A stretch of DNA of 64,000 nucleotides from assembly GCA_964016885.1 (NCBI GenBank), contig OZ024742.1, forward strand, positions 329,344,001-329,408,000, given 5' to 3'. The notes below the pieces were generated by a model. The model was not told the DNA's origin. It searched no databases and worked only from the letters and a program-made list of their open reading frames with translations. Shown piece after piece: positions 41,019 to 55,900 of the stretch. The first letter of the stretch is position 1; every line of letters begins with the position of its first letter. The DNA is from Eledone cirrhosa (taxonomy: Eukaryota). The position numbers and the translations under genes are program-made.

Positions 41019-43167
41019 CTATTCACACGGGCCATTCTCGCTTAATTTCACCCACCTTTCATAAAACTTGCTGGTGTAGGGCACCTCTCTCTCCATTCTG
41101 ATCCTTCTCTTAAAATGGTATTTAAAGAAAAGGACCAGTTGTTGGCCGGAGAGAAAGGTGTCCGACCTCAGCCCTTTCAAACGTGTCCACAATTCCACCT
41201 CTTTCACCATGGCTATTACACAGAGGAAGACCTCCTCTCCTTAATTTTTGAAGGGGGGAGGCGGCATGATCGTTACAATGGACTCGGTGGTCAATCGGAT
41301 TGGTCCCACCCGTGACAGAAGTCATTCTACATAGCCCCACAGATCGGCAACGCCCGAGTAGTGTACCAATGCGTGCGCAGCAGTTTCCTCGTCGCGCACG
41401 CATCTGGGACAGATCTTTTTCCAGGGATCCCTACTCGGACGCCCGTGTCTATAGATCTTTTCTCGAACGGACAGCGCCGCTCGGTAGCACTGCCACGCCA
41501 GGGACCTCTGGAAGTTTTCCATATGTCCCGGGCCAAATGTCCTCCTGAATAGGCTGGCCAGTTCGTCTTCATCCATGCCTAGGGCTTGTCCGACGGCATC
41601 GTCGCACATACTAACCACCAGCCCTCTATAGAATGACGAGGTGGAGTCTCCACCGATAGCCGGGTCCGCCTTCCAGAGAGCCGTGAGCGCCTGGGCACAC
41701 TCGGTGTGCCAGGCGCCCAGATTTCTCGGTCTTTGCTTGACCTAGGACTGCAGCACGGTGAGCGAGACGAGTCTCGGAAAGACTCGCCTCACAAAAGGGG
41801 CCCACACCGGTTGACTGGTGAGGAATACCTGGAGGTGTCGTAGCCTTAATGCGTGTTTATGCATCAGCAGCCACGGCATTCCCAGCCTTCCTTCCGAAAG
41901 AGTGTTGACAGCAGATGGATATCCTCACCAAATGAGCCCGCTTCTTCCAAAGGAATTGGAAGAGTGTGCGCTCCATTTTGGTGAGCGTTTCCCTTGGACA
42001 AGGCACGACGGTCAGGCGGTAATAGATGACGGACGCTATATAAGCGTTCGCCACCTCCTCCCAACCTTTCAGGGATAGTTTCCCAACTTCTGCGCCACCG
42101 CAAACACCCTGTTCGATACCTCACCCCAGTTCTTCTCCACCCGGAGGTGTGGCCCGAACCAGACCTCAAGCAACTTCACCGGGCCCTCCATCCAACGTCC
42201 AAACGACGCCGTTGGAGGCCATCGGTTTACCCATCCACTCGCCGAGTTGCAAACCGACTGATTTGTCCCGGTTCAGCATAGACCCGGTAAACTTTTCGTA
42301 TTCCTCCAGTAAGATGCCGATCACACCTATTTCTGAGGCGGTTGACGCCATTAATGTCACGTCATCGGCGTAGGCCGACACCGCTTTCCGCAATCCCGGT
42401 TCTAACTCCAGCTTCCGCAGCAGTGGCTCTAAGGCCAATACATACATAAGGGAGGAGAGAGGGCATCCCTGTCGGATGGACAGTGTTATTTCGAACGGTT
42501 CCGAGAGGTAGCCGTTCATCTTGACCCTAGAGGAGATGCGGCTGCTGTGAATGGCAGTTATTCAGCCCCTGAAAGCGGGTCCGAAACCTTCCGCCACTAG
42601 CACCGCATCCAGGTAACGATGGTCGACCCTATCGAACGCCTTAGATTGATCCAAGTTAAGCAGGGCCCCACCAAAGCCGGGTTCATTCCCAACCCTCTCT
42701 ATGATGTATCGCATTAGATGGAGGTTGTCGTGAATGGGCCTGGACGGGATGGCGCATGTCTGCGCATCTCCCACCAGGTTGTCGACGACAAGCGCCAACC
42801 ACTTTGCTAACACATTGGCCAAAATCTTTAACTCTGCATGTAGCAGAGTTATGTGCCTACAATTACTTATTTCATCCCCCTTGTTTTTGTCCTTCCTCAC
42901 TAGCGAGACTACGCCCTTGGTCACAGAACAGGGAATTCTCCCGTTCTGTTGCCAGTTGCAGCAGACCGCCTCGAGGAGATCGAAGAACAAGTCCGGCATC
43001 TCAAAGTCATCAAAGATGGGGGCCAGCTGTCGCAAGCTGCTGATCCGGGCCTCGCAAATAACCATCACATTTATACATCGTGACCTGAGGTCATTTAGAA
43101 GCATTGCTTGCTTCCAAGGTGAGCCCAGGCCACGCGCATTTAGACAACCTACTCTTAACACAGCCAT
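41019..43167 (-). pseudogene. ORF2 (APE fragment, RT, zinc finger) of the Tx1/L1-like LINE
   Basis: Motifs as above, spread over several broken frames; in-frame APE/RT fusion near 43000. Confidence 0.88.
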
Positions 43168-43499
43168 GTTGGTGGTAAAGAGAAAAGGCATTTACCTCTC
43201 TGCCTCCCGGGGACCGGACCGCACAATTTCCATGGGGTGTTCGGTGGGGTAGTGGTTTGTGGAGGTGTAGGGGCATCAGTGTGTGGTGGGGTTGGGGTGT
43301 TTGGAGTTGTGTAGGTGTCTGGGGGGGTTAGGAAGACACGGTTAATGGGCCTGACGCAGGCGGCCCCACGTCCTCTTTACAAATGTCTTTTAACGTTTTG
43401 TAAATGTCCATTGGGGCTTTTATCATTTTTAGACGGGGAAGCCCCGTTGCTTATGCGAAATTCGAACCTTCGGTTTTTATTAAGATGTTATTATAAATA

Positions 43500-45053
43500 A
43501 GGTTTAACAGTTTTTCTGTTTATTGTGTTTATGTCAGTGTATGCATATTTTTCTTTTTGTGTGATGTTTTTTTGTTTGTTGTTGTGTTTTTTTTGTGTTG
43601 ATGTCTGTGTTATGTATTGGGGAGGGGTTCTTTGTATTTGTGTTCCTGTGGTGTGTTTTCTTTTGACTTTATGAAAGTGTACCCCCCCCCCCACGTCTGA
43701 CGACGAAAGGGGGTCGTCTTCCGTATTCGAGGGGAGGGGTTCATTTTCGGCTCGTGTTTGTGGTGTGGGTGTTATTATATTTGTTTTCTGTGTGTGTGTG
43801 TGTGGTGGGGGGGGGGGGGTGATTGTTTTCAGTTGTGTTTTAACTTGTGGTGTTAGTTATTTTTGTGGTGGAGGTTGTGTTGGTAGTGTTGTAGTTGTTG
43901 GTGTGGGCAAAATCGGTGTTTTTTTGTTTGCTTGGGAACAGGCAGCCCTCAGGTGACCTCTGCCACCACAGAAGTAACAAGCGGGTCGTCTACCCTCCAC
44001 TGTGATGTGTAAGTAGGCAATCCCATCCAGCAATATCGGTCGGGGATCCTAGCAATTCGTTCTGGCTGCATTTGCGCCAGAACTTGCAGGCTAGTTCCAC
44101 CGAACACGTTGCTGGAAGACTTACCTACCGAAATTACTGCATCTTCTTTCAAGTCGAAAAGGCCACACAGTAACGCCCAGAAATCAATATCTGGATCGAT
44201 ACTGTGTATAGTCAATCTTTGTGTTCTTCTTCCCAAATAAGTGAGAAGAAGGTAAATAGGGGGGACACAATTGGGGCCAGGGTATATTTTTCGGTCGTCA
44301 ACTCATCTTTCATTCGGATGGATAGACTACCGTAGAGTCTATCCTTCCGAATGAATACAATGTTTTTCAGATGATCTTTTAACGCCAGTTCAATCTCTGT
44401 CTGTGTGAGTTGTACTGGCTTATTGGTTTTGTTGGATATTGTCCTATAAATAATAGTTTTTAAGCTATTTTCCTTTTTTAGCTCTGGGGGAGAATTTAAA
44501 GAAAATAGACCATTCTCCTCCAAAGTTATATACTTCCGTGCATTTTCCATTTGCTGAGCCATGTTTGAAATGTCAATAGGTTCAAACACAATGGTTTTTT
44601 TGGTAGTTTGAGCGAACGTAATTTTGTTCGCCCCCTCTTTGTTTACATTTGTCGAAATGTGGTTGTTTTCTCGTTTTTTGTTGTTACAATTTTCATTTTT
44701 TATTGTGTTTGTTTTATTTATGTTGGTGTATGCGTTCACAGTTTTTCCTCGTTGGGGTTAGAGTCCATATTTTCAGTATCCGAGAGACTTGTTGTCACAG
44801 CTACTACTTCTCTTTCACCTTCGCTGCTGGGCGTGGCACCGTAAAAAGTCGAAACGGCATACATTAATGTTGGCAATTTCTCCGAGTCAAAGTTTTTCAC
44901 ATTTTTTTCATTAAGGCTAGGCTCCATTTTTTCAATGTTTCTAATAATCATTATTCTTACAGTAGGGAGGCTTGTTGCCTCCGCTACCCGCCCTCCTTCA
45001 GTTTGTTTACCTGTGGTAATGGCTTCCATTACCACTAGCGTAGAGACAATCAC
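43500..45053 (-). pseudogene. ORF1 (gag-like) of the Tx1/L1-like LINE
   Basis: Successive frames at 44736-45053, 44212-44739 and 43949-44236; CYFCGGRGHLRAAC (CX2CX4HX4C) at 43938-43979. Confidence 0.75.
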
Positions 45054-45565
45054 AATATTATTAGGATGAAAAATTTCACCCCAAAAGGGGTGAAATAAAT
45101 TAACCCCTGTTGTCCGAAGATCCAGGCAAGGGGGTTAATTAACACAATTACGCAAGAATTCAGACAGACACTTACTGTTAACACGTAATAAATCCAATAA
45201 TCGAGGAGCCGATGTGAATAACGTCTATACCATCCGGAAATAGATAGATATATGGATATAGATATGCCAGGTATCAGTGGTTAGTGTTTTGGGATTAAAT
45301 TCGAACATTCATGACTACAATTCTCAGCAAGGACACTTTATATCACATTCCTCTCAATTGAAATAAAGACAAATGAGTTTTACCTGTAATTAAACCGGCC
45401 AGTCTTATAACACAAATCTTTCGGCTGGATCTCATTAGGAATTATGTCATAGGTACTGTCTGTGTCATGCCACCCTAGTTGCCTGTTATTTGCCAAAGTA
45501 GCCTCTGCAGTTCCTAGAATAAATTGGATACTCCTCGTTATGTCTGTTGGAGGTCCAAGGCTAAG

Positions 45566-45602
<37 letters not shown>

Positions 45603-45628
45603 TTTATATATATATATATATATACATA

Positions 45629-45699
<71 letters not shown>

Positions 45700-45700
45700 T

Positions 45701-45732
<32 letters not shown>

Positions 45733-45790
45733 CATATATTTATATATATATACATATATTTATATATATATATATTTATTTATATATATA

Positions 45791-45891
<101 letters not shown>

Positions 45892-46524
45892 ATATATAAA
45901 GAAAAAGGGATGAAATCGAAAATGCAACTGAAGTCTTATTTTTTTTAAAAATATATATATTTATTTGGTTCCTTTACCGGTTTCGCAGTCCTTCTGCTTT
46001 TCAAAAGGTGAGTTGAGATGGAGGGTCTGTGGTTTTTCTCACATCTGGTTGGTCTCTAAATGTTACTTGTTTTATATGGAAAAAGTGGCTCGAAAACCAG
46101 GTTTTTCGAGAAGTAATTTGATTGGTTTGTCAATAATTATAATAAATTTCGCGCCAGTTCGCGTTACAATAGTTCTTCAAATAAGAGAGGGGGGTGGGGG
46201 GTTGTCACAGGTTGTTTTTTCATATATGAGTGTTTGAATTTCTTTTTACTTGAAAAAATGAGGCTCACGAAGGCTTTTTTTTGGTTGGTTATAAATGAAA
46301 TTTGGCTGTCACGTGAACAAGTTTTCATTACATTTTTGCGCCCTTATTTGGAAAACTATTCTGTAGTCTTTATAGTGAATGTTATGACAATGGAGAGATA
46401 TTGGTCAAGGGAAAAGGGATTGGGAGAAATGTTCTGGTTCAGTGAATATGGCCAGCTGTCAGAGTTCAGGTGTCAGAGTTCAGATTTTCTATTGAGACTG
46501 AAGATATGTGTTTATTTGTGTGCT

Positions 46525-46576
<52 letters not shown>

Positions 46577-46682
46577 TATTGGAAGATGATTCTATTAGTA
46601 GAGATGGGGGAGGGAGTTGTGTGTGTGTGTATATGGGTGTTATGTGTGTGTCTGGGAGTATGGTTAGCATGTTAAGATGAAG

Positions 46683-46724
<42 letters not shown>

Positions 46725-46842
46725 GTGTGTGTGTATTTGTGTGTGTAGGAAAATGATTCCTTTAGTAGGAATATTTTTGAATGAACATATTTTCCTGACT
46801 TTTTCGTGTTTGCTGTTGTATTGCCAGTGCAAACGTATGTTT

Positions 46843-48025
46843 GGCACAAAAGCCGCTCCAACTTATGCCAACTTAGTCATGGCATACTTAGAAGTCCAGA
46901 TATATGAACAGTCCAAATCAAAATACGGATTGAACTTCCACAAATATTTATCAGAGAATTGGAAACGCTACTTGGATGATTGCCTCATACTTTGGTCCCA
47001 CACACTTGACCAACTGAAGGATTTCAAAAACTTAATAAACGGCATCAATAACCACATCCAATTCACAATGGAATACAGCCAAGATCAACTCCCATTTCTG
47101 GACATCTTAATCACAAAAAAAGACACAAATATCGAAACTGACATACACTACAAACCAACAGATTCCAAACAATATCTGCTATTCACCTCCAACCATCCAA
47201 AGCACACGAAGACGAACATTCCTTTTAACCTAGCAAGAAGAATTTGCACAATTGTCTCCAATTATGAAACGCGAAATAAAAGACTTCAAGAATTAAAGGA
47301 AATTCTACTTGAGAGAGAGTACCCACTATTACTAATAAATAATGGAATAGAAAGGGCTAAAGCAATAGGCATTGATGAATTACGGAAACAGAAACAAATT
47401 CAAGATACGTCCAATATTCTATCATATATCTCAACACACAACCCAAGAAATGCGGAAGCTTACAACACTATTCACAATAACATCCCACTACTAAAACAAA
47501 ACCCAAGAATGAAAAAAGCCCTTGAAACACACAAAATAATCAAAAGCAAAAGACAACTAAAATCACTGAAAACATTACTCACCAATGCCAAATTACCTAC
47601 CACAAACCCACAACCAAGTATCAAACAATGTGGTCGCTCTAATTGTGGAACCTGCACTCACCTCATTGAAGGCAACACGTATACATTTAAATCAGGACAA
47701 AATTTTACTGTAAAAAAATCACTTCACTTGCTCATCAAAAAATCTAATTTATGCCATTAAATGTAAAGGATGCAATGAAGATTATATAAGACAAACTAAA
47801 CTCAAACTCAAAAACAGAATGACAGTTCATCGCCAACAATTACGAGATCCAACCACGAGACAGAAACCACTAAGTGCACATCTAGACATTTGCGCAAGTA
47901 ATAAGACACCCAAATTCCAAGTCTTCCCATTTTACCTTTGCGCTAACAATACAACATAACAAATGCGAATAAATAAGGAAAATATGTTTATTCAAAAATA
48001 TAGACCAACATTAAATAAGGTTTAA
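46843..48025 (+). pseudogene. PLE RT C-terminal half plus GIY-YIG endonuclease
   Basis: GTKAAPTYANLVM, WKRYLDD, PFLD, YKPTD..SNHPKH and CGRSNCGTC motifs. After a frameshift in the A-run at ~47715 it reads FTCSSKNLIYAIKCKGCNEDYIRQT; one late stop codon. Confidence 0.92.
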
Positions 48026-49074
48026 TATACATTATGTCAACACCACAATATGACATACACACACACACATAACACCTTCTACTTTAGAAAATAAAAACCC
48101 GAACTAAATAAACCTTAAACATACGTTTGCACTGGCAATGAAACAGCAAACACGAAAAAGTCAGGAAAATATGTTCATTCAAAAATATTCCTACTAAAGG
48201 AATCATTTTCCTACACACACACATACACACACACACAACATATATATATATATATATATATATTCTCTTCATCTTGACATGCTAACCATACTCCCACACA
48301 CATAACACCCATACACACACATAACAACCCCCACACCTACAACACCCTCCCCATTTCTACTAATAGAACCACTTTCCTACACACATATATATATACACAC
48401 ACACAAAATATATATTCTCTCTATCTAACATACTCGCACACACACACATAAAACCCATATACACACACACACAACTCCCTCCCCCCATCTCTACTAATAG
48501 AATCATCTTCCAATACACACATACACACACACACACGCACACATATACACACACACAAGCACACAAATAAGCACATATCTTCAGTCTCAATAGAAAATCT
48601 GAACTCTGACACCTGAACTCTGACAGCTGGTCATATTCACTGATCCAGAACATTTCTCCCAATCCCTTTTCCCTTGACCACTATCTCTCCATTGTCATAA
48701 CATTCACTATAAAGACTACAGAATAGTTTTCCAAATAAGGGCGCAAAAATGTAATGAAAACTTGTTCACGTGACAGCCAAATTTCATTTATAACCAACCC
48801 CAAAAAAGCCTTCGTGAGCCTCATTTTTTCAAGTAAAAAGAAATTCGAACACTCATATATGAAAAAAACAACCTGTGACAACCCCCCACCCCCCTCTCTT
48901 ATTTGAAGAACTATTGTAACGCGAACTGGCGCGAAATTTATTATAATTATTGACAAACCAATCAAATTACTTCTCGAAAAACCTGGTTTTCGAGCCACTT
49001 TTTCCATATAAAACAAGTAACATTTAGAGACCAACCAGATGTGAGAAAAACCACAGACCCTCCATCTCAACTCA

Positions 49075-49112
49075 CCTTTTGAAAAGCAGAAGAACTGCGA
49101 AACCGGTAAAGG
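49075..49112 (+). ncRNA. 38-nt minimal hammerhead ribozyme, U3:A8 core (also 45971-46008 -, 28273-28310 -)
   Basis: cctt TTGAAAA gcag aagaa ctgc GAAA ccgg TA aagg; ACCGGT is a palindrome. Confidence 0.8.
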
Positions 49113-49243
49113 AACCAAATAAATATATATATTTAAAAAAAAAAAAAGACTTCAGTTGCATTTTCGATTTCATCCCTTTTTCTTTATACTTCCACTCGTG
49201 TAGGACACCTCGGTTACTTTTCATTTTGTAAAAAAAACCTCAC

Positions 49244-49439
<196 letters not shown>

Positions 49440-49442
49440 ATT

Positions 49443-49512
<70 letters not shown>

Positions 49513-50621
49513 AATACATATATTTATATATATACATATATTTATATATATATGTGTGTGTGTGAAATAATGAACATGAATAATATAATAGACATGAGTT
49601 ATGAAGAAACCCTAACGTACAAACACTAATGTGTACACACAATCACACCACTAGACATTCAATGAAATCTGTTGTATGCAGGAAGCTTTAGAAATATAAA
49701 TGATAATTCCAAATATAGAATGGAAATATAAATGTAATCAGTTAGTTCATTTATGTAGTTTATTAATTTTGTCTGACTTCAAATGAGATTGTACGGAATT
49801 AGGTTTGCTTCATTCCTTATACTGTCTAAGAATTCCATAACATTCTGAACAGATGAGAATTCACATAATAGCATATAAGGTTATCTGCTGACTGGCCACA
49901 CAATAGCATAATTCTCATAAATGTTACCAAACAATGGTACTATAAATATGTACTTTTATATGCATATAGTTTTATGTATAGTATAGTTGCAATCATACAC
50001 ACTACCGTACACATATATACATACATGCACACGCACAATCACCTCGTATCTCTCTTTTCCCTCTGGGTCCCTCCTCTTTCTCTATCTCTATCTATATATG
50101 TATATATATGGTTTTATGTGTTTATATTACATTAGCATCACTCTCTCCCCTCACTCTCTCGCTCTCTTTTGCTCTCTTTCTCCACATATGCCCCAATACG
50201 TGTGTAATTGTATGTTTCTGGAGATGTGCGTACTTCTAATGTATATTTATATTTCACTAACAAGATAAAAGCCACTCACTGAATCACTGACAAGTCTGTG
50301 TCTTGTTCTGTACCTAACCTAATACTGAAGATAACTTAGAAATCGAACTGATGTAAACATTTTCCATAAAATAATAACTCTAGTTAGGGGATTTCCACTG
50401 TTACTTGTACATGATTTCCTTTTATATCTTAATATGTGAAGAGATGTGTATATATGGCAAGAGATAATATGATTTAAACTTAACTTTTTGTCTTTTTTAC
50501 TGGTTCAATAGAATCGTCTGTAACTGTATTTCGGTTCGAATGAGAAGATCAAAAGTTCAAATATGTCCATTTCTTTGACGTTCACAATATCAATGGCGAT
50601 ATAATATTCAATATTCGGGTT

Positions 50622-50652
<31 letters not shown>

Positions 50653-52535
50653 TTGCGTGTGTGTGTATGTCTGTGTGCCTATGTGTGTATGTGTATTTGT
50701 GTGTTTCTGTGCGCGTGTGTGTGTATATGTATGTATGTACAGTCGAAACAAATTTGAAAATATCGAAGAGGCCTTTGAATTTTATTACATAATAAGTTAT
50801 ACTGAAAATCAAAATATATGACAAAATCAAAATAACTATAATAAAATAATTTTATTTATGTTTCTTTACCTAGTAGTTAAGACGTCGGATAGAAATGCGC
50901 GATAGAAATGCGCGATCTGAGTTCAAATCCCGCTGGGGACAATTTGCCTTTCATCTTTTCGAGAACGATAACAAAATTACCAGTCCAGTACTAGAGTCGA
51001 TTCGTCCTCTATAGAAAAAATCGGATGTGTTCAGACCTGCAGATGGTTGGACTCCACCAGGTTTTAAAAAAGTGCCCTAGACAGGCCGTTTGACGGGGCC
51101 TCTGCGACTCCACAAGGAGTTATGGGATCTTTATCCTTATCCTATTATCCTTCATTACTTTATGTCAGAAATAATATCATCCGCCACAAAATGCAGGTCT
51201 GCAATCAACAATGCTGTTGTGCTGTAACTAAATGCGATAACATGTAGCATTGCCAGAGAGGGAATTCAAATTGTTTCAATTCTAAACTGGATGACTATGC
51301 ATCTATGAAAGCCAACATTATGACACACATTGTGGATCTGGTTCCGTTTAGTTAGTAGTCTTCACAAATATTTTATTCTCTGAAACGTTTGCTGTTCAAT
51401 TAATGGTAGATATAGCATGTCGAGTGAACGTACATTTAACCATTGACTTATTCAGAGATTTATTAAGACAACACCACACGCAAATTGCATATACTCATTA
51501 AAACGTTCAATTTTTGTTTGCTCTTGGCCAAATCAAGCTATCTTTTTATGTTGTTAGATTTATGGCATCGACTCTTAAATGCATACTACATTCAACGGAC
51601 TGAAGTGAAATCCACACAATAAACAAAGAGTATTTTGTATGGGCTCTGAATAAACAACAACAACGAAAACAATTATACAACCGTTGTTTCTACATATATG
51701 TTTAAACGTTAGAATTTTATGCGTAATCTGTTTTGGATGAGTCCCTTATGATTATATTGTATACGTTCCTTACACTGTGCTATGTCTTTATACAAATTGA
51801 GCTCTTGCTAAGCAGATTTTAATTTAGCCTGCAGCAAGCGATCTTTTTTTACAATTGCAATAAGTAGTTGTTTAGAGACTTTTGAGGAAATGCAGTAAGA
51901 CTTAAGCGTTCAGGTTTGCGACATTAAATATACAATTATATATTAGCATATACTTCCTTTGCATAACATACTACCAATGTAAATATGTAAAGTTCTGTTA
52001 TAATAATGCAAAGTTAGAAATCTGTAGTGCCAATTTTACGACGGTAGATATAAACAAGAAGATTCATTGTTTATCTATAGAAAATGTAAATTACTCTGTA
52101 ATTTGTAATTCTTTAATTAAGAATGTAAACTATTTCCAGCATAGCGGCAATGAATAACTAGCTGCTTCTATATTCATATCTGTTTCGGTGTGATTTTAAA
52201 TGGATTTAATTATTGGACAGGAGCAAGCATGAACATTTGCATGCCCAATCGTTGATGTTTGGTGCATGTCGTCTCTATTGATATGTGATTAAATAGAAAG
52301 GTTTGATTTCAACAAAACATAAGAGACTTTGGAGTCATCTGTGATTCTGGGTCCTCGAACCAATACATTACTTATTGCGATCGGGCCCCACGAGCCGAGT
52401 TACCCTCCGGAGTAACGCATTTGCAATACTATTTGCTGGTACGTTTAAGAAATACCTTTTGGTGTAAGAATGTGTTGTCACCAATGTGGTAGAAGATGTA
52501 AATTCCAATTTAGCGGAGAAGTATATTTCAGAAGT

Positions 52536-52954
52536 TGTAATGTTGCCACGAGGAACCAGGTTTGGTAGAAAGATATGATAGGAATATCAAAAACGAATTT
52601 TGCTTGGTTTTAAATTATTTATTAACAGAGGTTGAGCTGGCATGCCAAGAGAAATAAAATAAACAAATTAAGATTCCAGAAAGACACGGGCTACAGGCTG
52701 AGAGAAGCGTTGCCAGGCCGTGGTTAAATTGTTGTGTTACATATTGTTTGTGCTGGCGTAGCAAAAGAACAAGCGGTGTTTACTTAGCATGGTCAAGCCT
52801 GTAAGTCATCTAGCATTCAAGTGTTTGTGTCTTCAAATCTTTGCGGGCTATTTCTCCCTCAGAACGCTATTTCTTCTCTTGGCGCTGATTGGCTGAGCTG
52901 AGCCAAATCACGCACAGAGAATGTATGTGAGTCCGCGGAATGTAGGTCACTACA
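52536..52954 (-). mobile_element. Possible solo LTR
   Basis: TGTAATG...CACTACA termini and an internal AATAAA on the minus strand; no TSD found. Confidence 0.25.
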
Positions 52955-55900
52955 ACCTAATCAAGGTTGTTGCAATTCAGAGAGAACGAGGAAAGGGGGA
53001 TCATGAGAGCGTTCTCTTCTTCTGCATTGTTCCATTCTATTACTATAACTTAACTATAATAAGAAAGGAGTGCCACACCATAATATATTTTTTTACCCCG
53101 TTTGTAAAATAAGTTGGATTACGTTGAATAAATAATGAATGAATATTACATAATTTTTGTGCTATATTTCGTGGATGTTGATTAAATATATGTTATAGCT
53201 TATTTAAAGATTCACTTCTTTAACATTTTCAAATGTCAACACTTCCGGTTAGCGGCCGTTATATCATAACACTTATAAAAATATCGCATATATTTCCGTC
53301 TCTAATTTTCTCCTATATATAATATGGTCTTTTTTTAAATGTATCATGAATTATATTACTGATTACAAAAGACAGTGTAACATAGACTTCGTTCAATTTC
53401 TGTGTATATTGTCAATTACGATTTTATTTGATGTATCATATCTACATGCATATATATTTGTGTATAATGTCAATATACACACAAGACATGCTAGCAGAAA
53501 ACCACCCGAATGGTGGATTTTCTGCTAGTATATATACTAACTCATGTCAACGCAGTTGTTGGCCTGGCCGCGTCATATAGAGCCTGTGGAACTCATCTTT
53601 TTCAATTCTGAATATAAAATGTTTTCAAAGAAAGTAAGAAAAAGAGGAATCTTGAACAAGACTAAAAGTAGAAATACCTTATCTATCGATCACGAAAAGA
53701 CGAATGGCATCTTTAACATTTGCGGTATTGAACTCAGAGCAGAGAATTTAACAACTAACACTGCGAATCATTTTATCCAACGTTCTATCTATCTGACTGT
53801 TCGCTGCCAGGATGATATCAGATAAATAATTAATTGTCTTCATATCATTCCAACACCTCTTCCTGATAAGGAATAAAATAGAGAATCAGACATGCCTATG
53901 GATATAGAAAATGGAATGTTTAAAATACATAACATATTCAGTCACTTACATATAAAGATATGTGAACTAATAACTAAATTGCACATATAGAAAATATATA
54001 TGTATCAATTACTATATTGAAAAATCCACCTTCGAATGAAGATAGTCCTGGTTTTGGTGAATTCAAAGATGCTTGTCCTGAAAAAACATTTTCAGAAAAA
54101 TGTAATTCTTAAGCTAGCCTATTTGGAACGAGTTCAGAGAAACACACGACACACACAAACGCACCCATATGTAAGTATGTATATATATATATATGTATGT
54201 ATGTCGGGTAACTCTTGAGTGCTACTGATAACATGTAACCCAGTACAACTTGTCGCATGGTCGGATCGTCGGTGACTAAACCGGCAACCCCACCAAGTTT
54301 ACTTGGTGAGCAGGACAAAAAACAAACCATGACAAAGGGTGCGAGAATTCATAAGAGTCAACGGCCATCCAAAAATGTGTAAATATGTATATAAACATGT
54401 AGATATGTATGTACATGTATATATGCATGTGTGCATGTGCATATATATGCATGGGGACATAGAAATAGTCGGGATGGATACCCGATCACGCGGTTAAACC
54501 ACTAGGAGTGAAGCACCCGTACCCATTGTCAGGTCATCTTCTAGGAGAAGGCAACTCAGGAAAGTGGGATAACTGCGAAATAAAACCCGCGGCTCTGTAG
54601 TTACCGATTGATGTTGATCTTTTCACGTTATAGCGATTGTCGCTCAGAGAGTGGGATTGGCTCAGTGCACAGTCTGTCCTCACTTTAAAAAATATCTTCA
54701 CGCACAGGCATTTCACGATATCATTAATTCATAATTATTAATACATTTATATCGTGCAATGGCCATACTAAATTACGAGGGGGGGCAGCCATCATATATG
54801 TATGTATCCTTGCATGCATGTATGTATGTATTTATGTATATATGTGCTTCTGGTTTTAGAATGTTACACATTTTTACCAATAAATTAAGAATCGGTTTCT
54901 AACATACTTTCATTGTACATCACACACAATTCTGTCTTTTGTAGCTTAATGACTATAAATTCATGTTTTGACACTCGTCTTTCCTCCACTGGACAACGTG
55001 TGGCTTATATCTGACGCTGTGAACCCGGATAGACCAACAGTGCTATTGGTAGGTGTCAGCACTGCCCAAGTTCACCTCAACAGCCAATGGCAGTGAAGTT
55101 CTGTGTCCTTCGTTGGTATTTTTATTTTTCAAAAATTTGTTCGTTTTGTTTGCTTTCCATTCGTTTTGTCTTGTCTTTTCTTTGTTAATAGATAGATATA
55201 TATAAATATATATATATATATATCCATCTATTTATCTATCTAGCTATCTATCAGTCTGTCTGTATGTACACATGTCTCTCATTTCTGTGTATTTATATAT
55301 TTTTACTAACGTTTCTGCTTCACGCCAAGAACATTGATAAAAACTAGAAAGCCCGAATCCAAACAACACTCCTCGGCGGGATTTGAACTCAGACCGTAAA
55401 GGGGTGTAACTCTATGCTGCAAAGCATAGCGTCCACCCCTCTACCGATGCTGCCAATCCAATAATAAATTAAATTCATTTTTCTTTAAACGGCATAATTA
55501 TTGACAGGTACTATGCTGCTGTACAAACACACACATATACATATATAAATGTACGTGTATGTATGAATATTTAAGTATATTTGTATGTATGTTTAATTGT
55601 ATGCGTATATATGTGTAAGTAATTGGGATAAAATATATATATTTTTAAACATTGTATATTAATTTATGTTGAAGTGAGGACATCTGAAGCCGTAATATTT
55701 TTCAAAGTGTGAAATATAACAATGAAATAGATTTCTCAAGGGAACAAAGCTGACAACAATTTCAGAAATAATAAATTGCTCAATATGCAAACAATCTTAA
55801 TTTATTGTAAAGTGCTTTAGACACATTTTAACAATCAATTTATTTTAAAAATCTGTTAGGAAAATATTTCGTAAATTAGGATTGTTATACAACTGAAAGC

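Larger units (their letters stand above)
40761..45240 (-). mobile_element. Tx1/L1-clade non-LTR retrotransposon, near full span, internally deleted and frameshifted
   Basis: ORF1 pieces with a CCHC knuckle. ORF2 has the APE start (LNARGL..ICE), RT (DQSKAFDRVDH, RQGCPLS, YADD) and C-terminal CPRC..EETAAH. The 3' end reads AATAAA then a TA tract. Confidence 0.92.

Noticed and set aside
54200-54720. GC-richer patches as possible HDV-like ribozymes in LINE 5' UTRs (also ~34600-34700)
   Set aside because: I could not build the nested double pseudoknot by eye; a descriptor search would be needed.
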